Positions 13,423 to 26,490 of a stretch of 64,000 nt of DNA are shown piece after piece. The notes under the pieces are model-generated. The model was not told where the DNA came from, did no database searches, and worked only from the letters and a program-made list of their open reading frames with translations. This stretch comes from Isurus oxyrinchus. Its lineage: Eukaryota. How positions within the stretch are numbered: the stretch's first letter is position 1; every line of letters begins with the position of its first letter. The stretch lies in assembly GCA_026770705.1 (NCBI GenBank), contig JANJGN010000152.1, positions 1,116,001 to 1,180,000 of the forward strand, read 5' to 3'. Made by a program: the position numbers and the translations under genes.

Positions 13423-14544
13423 ATGGAAGGAAAAAGCACCGTTCACATCGGAGAGAAACTGTGGAAATGTGGAGACTGTGAGGAGGGATTCAGATTTCCA
13501 TCTGACCTGGAAACTCATCGACGCAGTCACACTGGAGAAAGGCCATTCACCTGCTCCGTATGTGGGAAGGGATTCACCCAGTCATCCAGTCTGCTGAGAC
13601 ACCAGCGAGTTCATAGAGGTGAGAGACCATTCACCTGCTCTGACTGTGGGAAGGGATTTGCTCAGTCATCTAACCTGCTGAGACACCAGCGAGTTCACAC
13701 TGGGGAGAGACCATTTACTTGCTCCAAGTGTGGGAAAGGATTCGCTCGGTCATCTGACTTGCTGACACACCAGCAAGTTCACACTGACGAGAGACCTTTT
13801 AAATGCTCAGACTGTGGGAAGTGCTTTAAAAGTTCCCGGGACCTGATGCTCCATCAACGTGTTCACACGGACGAGAGACCATTCAGGTGCTTTCATTGTG
13901 GGTCTGGATTCAGACAGTCATCTCAACTCACTGAGCACCAGCGAGTTCACACCGGGGAGAGGCCATTCACTTGCTCTGACTGTGGGAAGGGATTCGCTCA
14001 GTCATCCAACTTGCTGACACACCAGCGAGTCCACACTAGAGAGAAACCTTTCACCTGCTCTGACTGTGGGAAGGGATTCACTCAGTTATCCACCCTGCTG
14101 AATCACCAGAGTGTTCACACTGATAAGAGACCTTTTAAATGCCCAGAATGCAGAAAGTGCTATAAAAATTGCAGGGAGCTGATGTCCCATCAACGTGTTC
14201 ACACTGATAAGAGACCTTTTAAATGCCTGGACTGCGGAAACTGTTTTAAAAGTTCTGGGGAACTGATGCGCCATCAACGTATTCACACTGACGAGAGACC
14301 ATTCAGGTGCTCTCACTGTGGGACTGGGTTCAAGACATCATCTGATCTCACTGTACACCAACGAGTTCACACCGGGGAGAAGCCGTTCACCTGTCCCAAC
14401 TGTGGGAAGGGATTCACTCAGTCATCCACCCTACTGACACATCAGCGAGTTCACACTGGGGAGAGACCATTCATCTGCCCCAAGTGTGGAAAGAGATTCA
14501 CACAGTCATCCAACCTGATGAGACACCAGCGAATTCATAAGTAA
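13423..14544 (+). CDS. Intact tandem C2H2 zinc-finger protein, 13 fingers, no KRAB/SCAN/BTB domain in this exon
   Basis: Open frame from ATG 13423 ([19 protein letters not shown]...) to TAA 14544; 13 CxxC..HxxxH repeats with TGERP-type linkers; acceptor tttcacag at 13324; AATAAA at 14655-14660. Confidence 0.93.
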   Translation: MEGKSTVHIGEKLWKCGDCEEGFRFPSDLETHRRSHTGERPFTCSVCGKGFTQSSSLLRHQRVHRGERPFTCSDCGKGFAQSSNLLRHQRVHTGERPFTCSKCGKGFARSSDLLTHQQVHTDERPFKCSDCGKCFKSSRDLMLHQRVHTDERPFRCFHCGSGFRQSSQLTEHQRVHTGERPFTCSDCGKGFAQSSNLLTHQRVHTREKPFTCSDCGKGFTQLSTLLNHQSVHTDKRPFKCPECRKCYKNCRELMSHQRVHTDKRPFKCLDCGNCFKSSGELMRHQRIHTDERPFRCSHCGTGFKTSSDLTVHQRVHTGEKPFTCPNCGKGFTQSSTLLTHQRVHTGERPFICPKCGKRFTQSSNLMRHQRIHK

Positions 14545-16079
14545 CTAGAATGATTGGATTTTGCTGGGACTGAACCATGTTCATTGGGTCTGTTTCTACT
14601 GATGTTAATAATTTCCAACACAGTTACATGGGCTAATATTTTAGATAAAATTCAAATAAATCAGCTTTGTGTTGAATACATTGTGTTGAATCTTTCTAAT
14701 ATTTCTAACACAAGTTAATTACTTTTGAAGGCTTCTTCCACTCCCCGTCTCCCCCATCCTCACCTTCCAACAAGTATGAGGAGATCATGGAATTTCCTTG
14801 TCACTAAGATTGAAACAATCCAATCAGCTGCCTCTGCTGTTTCCCTCTCTTATACTAGTGCACGGGGCCAAACTATCTCCAAAGTTCCTCCTTACCCGAG
14901 CCCTGAACTCACACCTTTCTCCAGTTTCTCTCCCTTCTCTCATCATGCCCTGTAGTCTATTCTAGAGCTTCTCGGTACGACCACCAATGGTGCAGTGATT
15001 GAAATGGGGGATGCACAGGGGGCCAGAATTAGAGGAGAGGGTTGTGGAGACGGATGGTCTGTCTGTGAGTTAAGACATAGGGTGGCAGAATTTTGGATGA
15101 CCCAAGGTTACAGGGGGCAGAATGTGGGATACCAGCCAGAGTGTGTCAGAATAGTCGAGTTTGGAGGTAACAAAGGGGTGGATGAGATATTCAGCAGCAG
15201 ATGACCTGAGAGAGGGGAGGAGACGAGTGATGTTACAGAGGTATAAATGAAGGGTTAAGGTCGATGGAAGTTGGATACGTAATAGCAGGAGGTTGTTTAA
15301 GTGGAGATAAAGGTCGGTAACTCTTCAGGACAGGTACAGCACTGGCTAGATACAGAATAGCCTTCTCCAGTGTTGGGAATTTTTCTATGCTCTTTATCAC
15401 CATTTTGCCTTGCACCATCATCCCTTTCGCTGATTAATCTCTCCTGCCTTTCGCAGACCTGCCCTCTTTTGTTTTTTTACCTCACCTCTCTAATTTGTAG
15501 AGCTGAAAGGTTGACCCTGTTTCTCTCCCTGCAGACGCTGCCAGACCTGCTGAGCGTTTCTCACATTCTCAATTTTTATTTCAGCTTTTGCAACATCTGC
15601 AGGATTTTGCCTCCGGGCTGAGGCCGCTTCCTCTGCTGACGTCACCACGAGCGCCCAGCGGCGGACCTGCCGCCCACTCGGTCCTTCAGCCTTTGCCCGC
15701 GCTCTCACTATTGGTCGAGGCGCACGTCAGTCACCTGCCCAGACCCTGTTTCCACAGAGATAAAAACAAAAAAAACCGCGGATGCTGGAAATCCAAAACA
15801 AAAACAGAATTACCTGGAAAAACTCAGCAGGTCTGGCAGCATCGGCGGAGAAGAAAAGAGTTGATGTTTCGAGTCCTCATGACCCTTCGACAGAACTTGA
15901 GTTCGAGTCCAAGAAAAAGTTGAAATATAAGCTGGTTTAAGGTGTGTGTGTGGTGGGCGGAGAGATAGAGAGAGAGAGAGAGAGAGGTTGGGGGAGGAGG
16001 TTGGGGGGTGGGGGGTTGGGGGTGTGGTTGTATGGTTGTATCTGTTGCCTTGTTCACCTTCTTTGCTTTCCATTTCCCT

Positions 16080-18740
16080 CCTGGTGTTTGACAAGGTGTT
16101 TACTAAAACCCGCTTTCACAGCCATATCTCCTTTCTCAGTGACTGTCTCCGTCTCCGACTTACCCCACGTGGATTTCAACTGAAATTCCACCCCTCATCT
16201 TTCGAACCCACCCAGGATTACCGGTATCTCCGGGACATAAAACGTTTCTCAGACTGCTGTTCCCGTCACATTCTGAAATCCACACTCAGTGCCATGCGCC
16301 GCCATATGAACACACTCGACCTCTCCCTCCAGCAGCACCGCCGTACCCTTTTTCAAAGCTGCGCGTGCCCCCAGTTTCATTTTATCCTTCGGCTCATCCG
16401 ACGCCTCAACAAGAAACTTTTTCTCTTTCTCTCAACTGCTAAGGAACGCAAGCTCCAACAACTCATCGACACCAACACCCATCTAGGACCCTCCACCCCA
16501 GCCTGTCCCTCCGTCCCCACCCCATCTTCCAATCCCAGCCCCAGCCGTGTATTCACTATACCCCCTGACCTTCCCCTCTCCGATGCTGAACGTTCAGTGC
16601 TCAGCAAAGGACTTAGTTTCATACCCTTACGCCCTCACCTCAATGAATTTCGGGCTCGGCATGATACTGAACTTTTCTTTCGCCGTCTTCGTCTCCGGGC
16701 TCACTTCTTCGGGCAGGAGTCCTCTCCCAATTCAACGGATCCTTTTACCCATCTCCAATATTCTCCCTCCACCTGGACCCCTCCCTCTGGATTCTTACCT
16801 TCTCTTGATCTTTTCATTGAGAACTGTCAGCGCGACATTAGTCGTCTCAATTTCTCTGCTCCTCTCACCCATTCTAACCTGTCTCTCTTTGAACTTACTG
16901 CACTCCATTCTCTCAGGTCCAACCCTGACATTGTCATCAAACCCACTGACAAGGGTGGTGCTGTTGTTGTCTGGCGCACTGACCTCTACCTCGCGGAGGC
17001 TGAGCGTCAACTCGCAGACACTTCCTCCTACCTCTCCCTGGACCATGACCCCACCACTGAACATCAAGCCATTGTTTCCAGGACTGTCACTGACCTCATC
17101 TCCTCTGGGGATCTCCCTCCCACAGCTTCCAACCTGATAGTCGCCCAACCTCGGACGGCCCGCTTCTATCTCCTACCCAAAATCCACAAACAGAACTGCC
17201 CCGGTAGACCGATCGTCTCAGCTTGCTCCTGCCCCACAGAACTCATCTCTCGTTATCTTGACTCCCTTCTCTCTCCCCTTGTCCAGTCCCTTCCCACCTA
17301 CATCCGTGATTCCTCTGACACCTTACGTCACATCAACAATTTCCAGTTCCCTGGCTCCAACCGCTTCCTCTTCACCATGGACGTCCAATCCCTCTACACC
17401 TCCATCCCCCACCAGGATGGTCTGAGGGCCCTTAGCTTCTTCCTCGAACAGAGGCCCGAACAATCCCCATCCACCACTACTCTCCTCTGTCTGGCTGAAC
17501 TTGTTCTCACGTTGAACAATTTCTCCTTCAACTCCTCTCACTTTCTCCAAATAAAAGGTGTGGCTATGGGTACCCGCATGGGCCCCAGCTATGCCTGTCT
17601 CTTTATGGGGTATGTGGAACATTCCTTGTTGCAGTCCTACTCCGGCCCCCTTCCACAACTTTTTCTCCGGTACATCGATGATGACTTCGGTGCCGCTTCA
17701 TTCTCTCGTCGGGACTTGGAAAAATTTATTAATTTTGCTTCCAATCTCCACCCCTCCATCATTTTCACGTGGTCCATCTCTGACACTTCCCTTCCCTTCC
17801 TTGACCTCTCTGTCTCAATCTCTGGTGATAGACTGTCCACCAATATCCATTACAAACCCACCGACTCCCACAGCTACCTCGACTACAGCTCCTCACACCC
17901 CACTTCCTGTAAGGACTCAATCCCATTCTCCCAGTTCCTTTGCCTTCGTCGCATCTGTTCCGATGATGCTACCTTCAAAAACGGTTCCTCTGACATGTCC
18001 TCCTTCTTCCTTAACTGAGGTTTTCCACCCACGGTCGTTGACAGGGCCCTCAACCGTGTCCGGCCCATCTCCCGCGCATCCGCCCTCACGCCTTCTCCTC
18101 CCTCCCAGAAACATGATAGGGTCCCCCTTGTCCTCACTAATCACCCCACCAGCCTCCGCATTCAAAGGATCATCCTCCGCCATTTCCGCCAACTCCAGCA
18201 TGATGCCACCACCAAACACATCTTCCCTTCACCCCCCTTATCGGCATTCCGTAGGGATCGCTCCCTCCGGGACACCCTGGTCCACTCCTCCATCACCCCC
18301 TACTCCTCAACCCCCTCCTATGGCACCACCCCATGCCCACGCAAAAGATGTAACACCTGCCCCTTCACTTCCTCTCTCCTCACCGTCCAAGGGCCCAAAC
18401 ACTCCTTTCAAGTGAAGCAGCATTTCACTTGCATTCCCCCCAACTTAGTCTACTGCATTCGTTGCTCCCAATGTGGTCTCCTCTACATTGGAGAGACCAA
18501 ATGTAAACTGGCGACCGCTTTGCAGAACACCTGCGGTCTGTCCGCAAGAATGACCCAAACCTCCCTGTCGCTTGCCATTTTAACACTCCACCCTGCTCTC
18601 TTGCCCACACGTCTGTCCTTGGCTTGCTGCATTGTTCCAGTGAAGCCCAACGCAAACTGGAGGAACAACACCTCATCTTCCGACTAGGCACCTTACAGTC
18701 TTCTGGTCTGAATATTGAATTCAACAACTTTAGGTCGTGA
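16080..18740 (+). pseudogene. PLE RT + GIY-YIG endonuclease ORF, disabled
   Basis: CGA>TGA stop at 18016-18018 and a 1-bp deletion near 18510 (aaactggcgac vs aaactgggcgac at 28509-28520) relative to the other copy; start position approximate. Confidence 0.85.
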
Positions 18741-19127
18741 GCTCCCTCCCCCATCCCCACCCCCTTTCTGTTTCCCCCTTTTTCCTTTTTTTTCCCTATA
18801 AATTATATAGATATTTCTTTTCCCACCTATTTCCATTATTTTTAAATATTTTAAAATCTTTTATGCTCCCCCCACCCCCACTAGAGCTGTACCTTGAGTG
18901 CCTTACCATCCATTCTTAATTAGCACATTCGTTTAGATAATATCACCAACTTTAACTTTAACACCTATGTGTTCTTTTGTACCATTGTCGCTGACATCTT
19001 TTGATGATCTGCTTCTATCACTGCTTGTTTGTCTACACAACCACCTCTCTCTCTCTCTATCTCTCCGCCCCCGACACACACACCTTAAACCAGCTTATAT
19101 TTCAACTCTTTCTTGGACTCGAAATCA

Positions 19128-19166
19128 AGTTCTGTCGAAGGGTCATGAGGACTCGAAACGTCAACA
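19128..19166 (+). ncRNA. Minimal type I hammerhead ribozyme motif in the pLTR
   Basis: AGTT-CTGTCGA-A-GGGTC-atgag-GACTC-GAAAC-GTC-AAC: stem I, core, stem II, palindromic ACGT stem III; PLE pLTRs are known to carry minimal hammerheads. Confidence 0.7.
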
Positions 19167-19744
19167 CTTTTCTTCTCCGCCGATGCTGCCAGACCTGCTG
19201 AGTTTTTCCAGGTAATTCTGTTTTTGTTTTCAATAAAGAGAGGGGGCGAGGCTGGAGGACATGAGCTGATGCTGCTGGTCCTCCAACCAATCGGAGTGAA
19301 TGAGGGGCGGGGCTGAGCCCGGATCTCCCTCATTGGCTGAAACTCCGCATCATTTTGAAAGCTGATTTGTCTCAAACTCCGGGTGAAAACTGGACCTTTC
19401 TGTTTGTGGCTTTGAACACATGAAACCCTGTGGGTGTGGGGCAAACATTTCAACATTTGTTAGTGATATCTGGGAATATGATGAAACAATGGACACACAA
19501 TCTAAGGCCTGACTTAAAGGAATAATTGGGCATACAGGGAATGTTATTATTAGAATAAGGATTTCAATAAATGAGCAGGCAGAAGGGTTAGGACAGATTA
19601 GGGAGAAGGTTCATGCTGTCATCAGTCAGAACAACAGAAAGTGTAAAGGAAAAACTGACCTCAAAGACAATCTCCTGTAGTCTGTAATTATGTGCTGAAT
19701 CAGGTTGACAGAGGTCAAATATGTTTTCTCTATTGGACAATCAC

Positions 19745-20055
19745 TCTTTCAGAACCATTTCATCCAATTCATTGTTGCAGGAAGTAGGAGCCTATCCCAA
19801 CAGGCGCTAGGTAGGGTACCCCCAGGACAGGATGCCAGTCCATCACGGCACACACACAATAGGGGACAATTTACTGTCGCCAATCCACCTACCGAACACA
19901 TCTTTGGAAGGTGGTAGGAAAACAGAGCACCCAGCAGAAACATACAGAGATACAAGGAAAACATGCAAACTCCACACAGACAGACACTTAAGATCAGGGT
20001 CAAAACCAGGACTCTGGAGCTGCGAAGCAGCAGCACTAACCACTGCACCACCCAG
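19745..20055 (-). mobile_element. V-SINE (HE1/DANA-like) tRNA-derived SINE
   Basis: Minus strand gggtggtgcagtggttagtgctgctgcttcgcagctccag...tgtctgtgtggagtttgcatgtttt...ctgctgggtgctctgttttcct: V-domain signature. Confidence 0.75.
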
Positions 20056-20059
20056 ACAA

Positions 20060-20410
20060 TCATATTCAAAGCTTCAGAAATGAGACATGAAAGCCCTCAA
20101 CATTAATCATGATGAGTGGGAAACTCTAGCTGACAATTGATGCAAATACCAATGCCAGCTGTGAGCAGGAGTTCACCACCACCGCAACATGTGACTTCAC
20201 AATCTCCACAACAGACACCATCCCTGCAAACAGGGTGTCAACTGATATCAACCCACAACATGAGTAAGGAATATTTACTTTTGACAGAATTTGTCTTCCT
20301 AGAATCAGATTGTTCAGACATCAGATGAAAGGCAGCAGACCATCTCATCTGACCTCACCAAGCTCCTGAGGCTGCATTCCCATCATCTCTCATATATGAA
20401 AGGATGCCAA
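20060..20410 (+). mobile_element. Possible RTE-clade LINE 3' fragment
   Basis: Encodes a KALNINHDEWETLAD-like peptide and ends catcatctctcatatatgaaaggatgcc, resembling RTE 3' ends. Confidence 0.4.
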
Positions 20411-20509
20411 GCAGATGGGACAATCGCATTAAAATCAGGAACTCAGATGGGGCTCTGGATTAGTGTTAGTTGGGAAGATCTGGATCAGTGTCTTACTCCA
20501 GGAAGCCTT

Positions 20510-21480
20510 AAACCTCAGGGTAGTGTCCTCACCCCAACCATCTTCAGCTGCTTCATCAATGACCTTCCTTCCATCATAAGATCAGAAGTGGGGATGTTCG
20601 CTGATGATTGTACAATGTTGAGCACCATTTGCAATCTCTCAGATACTGAGGTAGTCCATGTCCAAATGCAGCAAGTCCTGGACAATATCCAGTCTTGAGC
20701 TGACAAGTGGCAAGTAACATTTGCCCCACACAAGTGCCAGACAATGACCATATGCAAAAAGAGAGAATCTAACCATCACCCCTAGATGTTCAATGGCATT
20801 AAATCATTGAATCTCCCACTATCAACATCCTGGGTGTTATCATTGACCAGAAACTGAACTGGACTAGCCATATACTGTGGATACAAGAACAGGTCAGAGG
20901 CTGGGAATCCTGTGGCAAATAACTCACCTCCTGACTCTCCAAAGCCTGTCCATCATCTACAAGGCACCAGTCACGAGTGTGATGAAAGACTCCCCCCTTG
21001 CCTGGATGAGTGCAGCTCCCACAACACTCAAGGAGCTTGACACCATCCAGGACAAAGCAGCCCACTTGATTGGCATCACATCCACAAACGTTCACTCCCT
21101 CTGTCACCGATGCACAGTAGCAGCAATGTGTCCCATCTACAAGATGCACATCAGGAATTCACCAAGGTTCCTTAGACAGCACCTTTAAAACCTATGACTA
21201 CTACCAACTAGAAGGACAAGCAGGTAGATGGGAACACCACCACCTCGAAGTTCCCCTCCAAGTCACTCACCATAGTTGGAAATATATCGCCATTCCTTCA
21301 CTGTTGCTGTGTCAAAATCCTGGAACTCCCTCCCTAACAGCACTTTGGGCGTACCTGCACCTCGTGGACAGCAACAGTTCCAGATGGCAGCTCACCACCA
21401 CCTTCTCAAGGGCAATTAGTGATGGGTAATAAATGCTGGCCCAGTCAGCGAAGCCCACATCCCGTGAAGGAATAAAAAAA
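20510..21480 (+). mobile_element. CR1-clade LINE 3' portion (RT remnant + 3' UTR)
   Basis: PQGSVLTPTIFSCFINDLPSIIRSEVGMFADDCT RT motif; ends gcccacatcccgtgaaggaataaaaaaa. Confidence 0.85.
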
Positions 21481-22429
21481 CATCAGAATGGAAGTATCTC
21501 AGAACTGAATCCTATGGTAGCAGCAATCCCATTGCTATCTGTTGGAAAGGTCAATGGAAGCATTTAAAATGGAGACCACAGGTGTGTTGGAGGATGTTGT
21601 ATACAAGGAACTTGTGAACTATCTGAAGATAATAGTGAAGCAAAATGAAGGGTTGTGGGAAAAAACTCTTCATGTTGCTATAAAGGAAGTGGGACCTAGT
21701 GGTTGCACAGGTTCCTGGTTTTACACACACACTGACACCAACACCGCCACATCACCACCATCCCCCCCACTCCCCCCCCCACCCCCACCACCCCCCCCCC
21801 CCACCCCCCCCCCCCCACCCCCCCCCCCCCCCATCCCCACCACCCAACACAGACACACACACATACATACAAAGCCAGCCACACATACACAAAACCACAC
21901 AGGTACACTTCCTCCCAATCAGGTGGACAAGGTTTTGCCTCACACCAGCCAACCTGACTGAGACTGGGGATAAAGTATCAGCATCTGTCAGGACCAAAAA
22001 GTTATTGAAATTCATGTAAACATTAAGCTCCAGGGACTGCAAGCAGTTTTGACCATCGGATGCCACCACTTTCTCTGAACCTTAAATTTATAATGAACAA
22101 CACCTTGGACAGAAGCAGCATCAAAAAGTTGTGGTCAATAGATATTGAGTGGTCTATGATCACCACGGGTGATAAACCCTGATGGGAGTTTTTACACAAT
22201 ACAGGACAATATCCTTGGCTCATTGCAGCCTCTACTTTCCTGCTGGCATTACAGATGATGCTAATTCCCTTTATATTGATGGTCTGGGTGAAGGTCATGC
22301 CACACAGCAAAATGGATGGAAAGATGGCTACAAACTCCCTGTAAATCTAACCCTCTGATTTTGGTGTTGTAGCCACCTTTCCATCCATTCTGCTGTCTGG
22401 CCCTTCCCTCCACACCACCTGATATTTTT

Positions 22430-22780
22430 CATTCACATGACGTGGGCTTCGCTGGCTTTGCCAGCATTTATTGCCCATCCCTCGTTGCCCTTGAGAAGCT
22501 GGTGGTGAGCTGCTTTCTTGAACTACTGCAGTCCCTGTGGTGTAGGTGCACCCACAGTGCTATTAGGGAGGGAGTTCCAGGATTTTGACCCAGTGACAGT
22601 GAAGGAACGGTGATATATTTCCAGGTCAGGTTCGTGAGTGACTTGGAGGGGAACTTCTAAGTGGTGGTGTTCCCACAAACTGCTGCCCTTGTCCTTCCAG
22701 AATGTAGTCGTCATGGGTTTGAAAGGTGTTGTTGAAGGAGCCTTGGTGAATTACTTGGTCACCTTGTAGATTGTACACAC
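22430..22780 (-). mobile_element. CR1-clade LINE 3' end
   Basis: Reverse complement of the 21140-21480 tail; more copies at ~25380-25570, ~29580-30050 and ~61180-61750. Confidence 0.75.
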
Positions 22781-24103
22781 TGTTATGGAAAGCAAGCAGG
22801 TGACAAAATAGAAAACAGAGAGAAGAGGTTAAGAGTTGCTACTCAGACTGGTAAAAGGTGAGAAGTGGTGTTCCACAGAGAGCAATGGTGGGATCCCTGT
22901 TATTCACAACTTACGTAAATGATTTGGACCCAGAAAATGAAACTCCAATTTTAAAATTTAGGAGCAGAATTACAGTAAATCACTGATAAGAATTCCCAAT
23001 CAACAAAACTTTGTACCACAGTTCATTAAATCTTTAATTCTGTTGCAGACTGAACAAGGACACAAGGACCTGATGCAGTTATACTGAGCAGACTGCAACA
23101 AAATCCTTGGAACCAAAATGCACACATGAATAAAACAGGGAATTTCTGGAAACATGCTGCAGGTTCTTCATTATCTGGAAATCAAATGTTTGTTGTATAA
23201 TTGTCCCAGCATTTAACAGGATCCTGTGAACTCCTCCATGTGTTATTTTAGTACACGATTTAAACTATATGCTTTAACTGCATTTTACTATGTAAAAGGT
23301 GCTATATCAATACAAGTTGTTGTTGATGTTGGCTTAAGGTGGTAGATTCAGAACTGTCACTAAAACATCTTTAAAACTTCACAGAATAATCACAGTCACT
23401 TTTAAACTGGGAACGTAATCCTGGTGTTTAAGTTTCAGTCAGGAACAGAGCACAGTTTTACATCAATCTCTGATTTAACAGCAAGTTTTACATCAATCTC
23501 TGATTTAACAGCACGTTTCCAGTCTGCCTGACTCAGGCAGAACAACCACAGTTGTGCTTAGGAGCTTTGAACCACGATGGTTACAAACCAGAAATCAGAG
23601 GGTTCGATTTGCAGCGAGTTTGTATTTTTCCATCCACTTTTCTATTTGGACTTGGACTCCTCGTGGCCTGACCTTGGTCATTTTTAGACTGTATGTACTG
23701 CACACAAGTGGCTGTGGCACATTTCTTACACACCTCAGGATTAATCCACATGTGGGTTTTGTTGTCAGTGAAGAAAGATGAGAAAGACCAAAGTGCCGTT
23801 TGTCCCCCTCAGTGTGACCCTGAAGGACTGTGTCCAGGCTGAAGTTCTGTTCCATCCGTAAGTTCCTCCCCCAGATTGTCCTTTCTGAGCCCCAGCCAGG
23901 TGCTGTTAAACACTCAGGAGGGACAGACAAAAATCTACAATAATGTGTTTAAAACAAAGCTTGACATTCTATTCGACATTTATCCAAAATATTAAACAGC
24001 AGTCCATTAAAATCTGCAGAAACAGACCCAAATGTCAGAATGAAAGAATTCAATCCTGAACATGATTAGCAGCAGCAAAAAATGCAGAATCTAAGCTCTA
24101 CAG

Positions 24104-25173
<1,070 letters not shown>

Positions 25174-26029
25174 CTATAAAAGGGGTTCACAAAAGTCAGT
25201 ACAGGATAGAAATTTAGAACAGATAATCCTAGTTTCTTAAATAATAAAAAACAAAAACAGAATTACCTGGAAAAACTCAGCAGGTCTGGCAGCATCAGCG
25301 GAGAAGAAAAGAGTCGACGTTTCGAGTCCTCATTTCCCTTCAACAGACCTGGAATCCTAGTTTCTTTCCTTTTTTTAATCTGTTCATTTGATGTTGGTGT
25401 CACTGACAAGACCAGTATTTGTTGCCCATCTGGAATTGCCTTCAGAATGTGGTGGTGAGCCACTTCCTTGAACTGCTGTAGTCCATGTGGTGTAGGCGCT
25501 GTTAGGAAGGGAGTCCCAGGATTTCAACCCAGTGACAGTGAAGGGACAGCAATATATTTCCAAGTCTGACCTATGATGGAAGAAAGGTTATTGATAAAGC
25601 AGCTGAAGATGATTGGGTCTAGGATACTGCCTTGAGGAACTCCAGCAGCGATGTCCTGGGATTGAGTTGACAAAGAATAATTTTTTTTAAATTAAAATTG
25701 ACAGAAGTTAAATTGTATTGCTGCTAAAAGAGTTACTCATTTAATGTTGTTTAAGAGATGACTGAATTCCCAGGGATTCACTCTGACTTCGTGACTGACT
25801 GACTCAGGGTCCAGTCCTCAATCCCCCGACTGATGACTGAACTCGCTGCTCCCTTTGCTCCTCCGGCCTCTGAGCTCCTCCTGCTGTTGTTTCCCAGGAC
25901 TGTCAATGCCCGCTGTCCAACATGACCCTGTCAGATGGAGTTCAGGGGCTCAGAGGAAGAAAAGAAAATGAGGCGGTGAATCTGAGATGGGAAAAACAAG
26001 GAGAGAAACAGGATTCAAGGGAGAAACTG

Positions 26030-26400
26030 AGCGGGGGGCGAGCGCAGCCTCAGGAGCAGCGAGTGCGGCTCTCAGAGGCCGAATGAGAGCGGCCGGGCCC
26101 AGCGGCCGTGCGGTGATTTCCCCGGAGCTTGGTAGCTGGGGGTCGGAGGTCGGGGCTGCCCATTAAAGCGATGCTGCAGCCCCTCCCCCATCCTCGCCGT
26201 CGCTTCCCGGTTTCTTCTCCCGTTTCCACCAAGTCCGACTCACAACAAAGGAGTCGCCCAGAATGCCCCACGGCTGGCCCTGGAGAGCATGCGCACTCTC
26301 AGCACCTGGGGGAAAGGAGCGAGTTGGATAGAGCAGTTTCTGAGGCGCGCGGATTTGTGAGAAGGATGGCCACCATTAATGAGCAGGTATCGATAAATGT
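26030..26400 (-). promoter_or_regulatory. CpG-rich probable promoter/first exon of the minus-strand ZNF gene
   Basis: CpG-dense segment with GCATGCGCA (26287-26295), the NRF1-like motif also seen at 10552, ~1 kb upstream of the ZNF exon. Confidence 0.5.
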
Positions 26401-26490
26401 TTTCCTGCATCCTGGCAAAAACCCAAGGGCATGAAATTCTTTTTCGGTTCTCCCTGCACACGTTCTGTTTAAACAACATAATATTTTAAA

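Larger units (their letters stand above)
15761..19230 (+). mobile_element. Near full-length Penelope-like element (Neptune-type) with inverted 5' pLTR piece
   Basis: RT motifs (KPTDKGGAVV, LLPKIHK, GRPIVS, MDVQSLYTSIP, GVAMGT, RYIDD), Cys-rich linker CPRKRCNTC, GIY-YIG (NLVYCIRC...YIGET); inverted pLTR 15761-~16030 and direct 3' pLTR ~18740-19230. Confidence 0.93.

Noticed and set aside
15946-16080. N-terminus of the 690-aa ORF
   Set aside because: Derives from the inverted pLTR and simple repeat read in frame; not a credible start
17558-18415. 285-aa overlapping Pro/Ser-rich ORF, repeated at 27336-28193
   Set aside because: Alternative frame of a C-rich PLE ORF; recurrence reflects copy identity, with no independent coding evidence
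21542-21961. 139-aa proline-rich ORF
   Set aside because: Poly-C tract and CA repeat account for it; the N-terminal part could not be assigned
23454-23515. ~31-bp direct duplication
   Set aside because: Two-copy local slippage with no further structure
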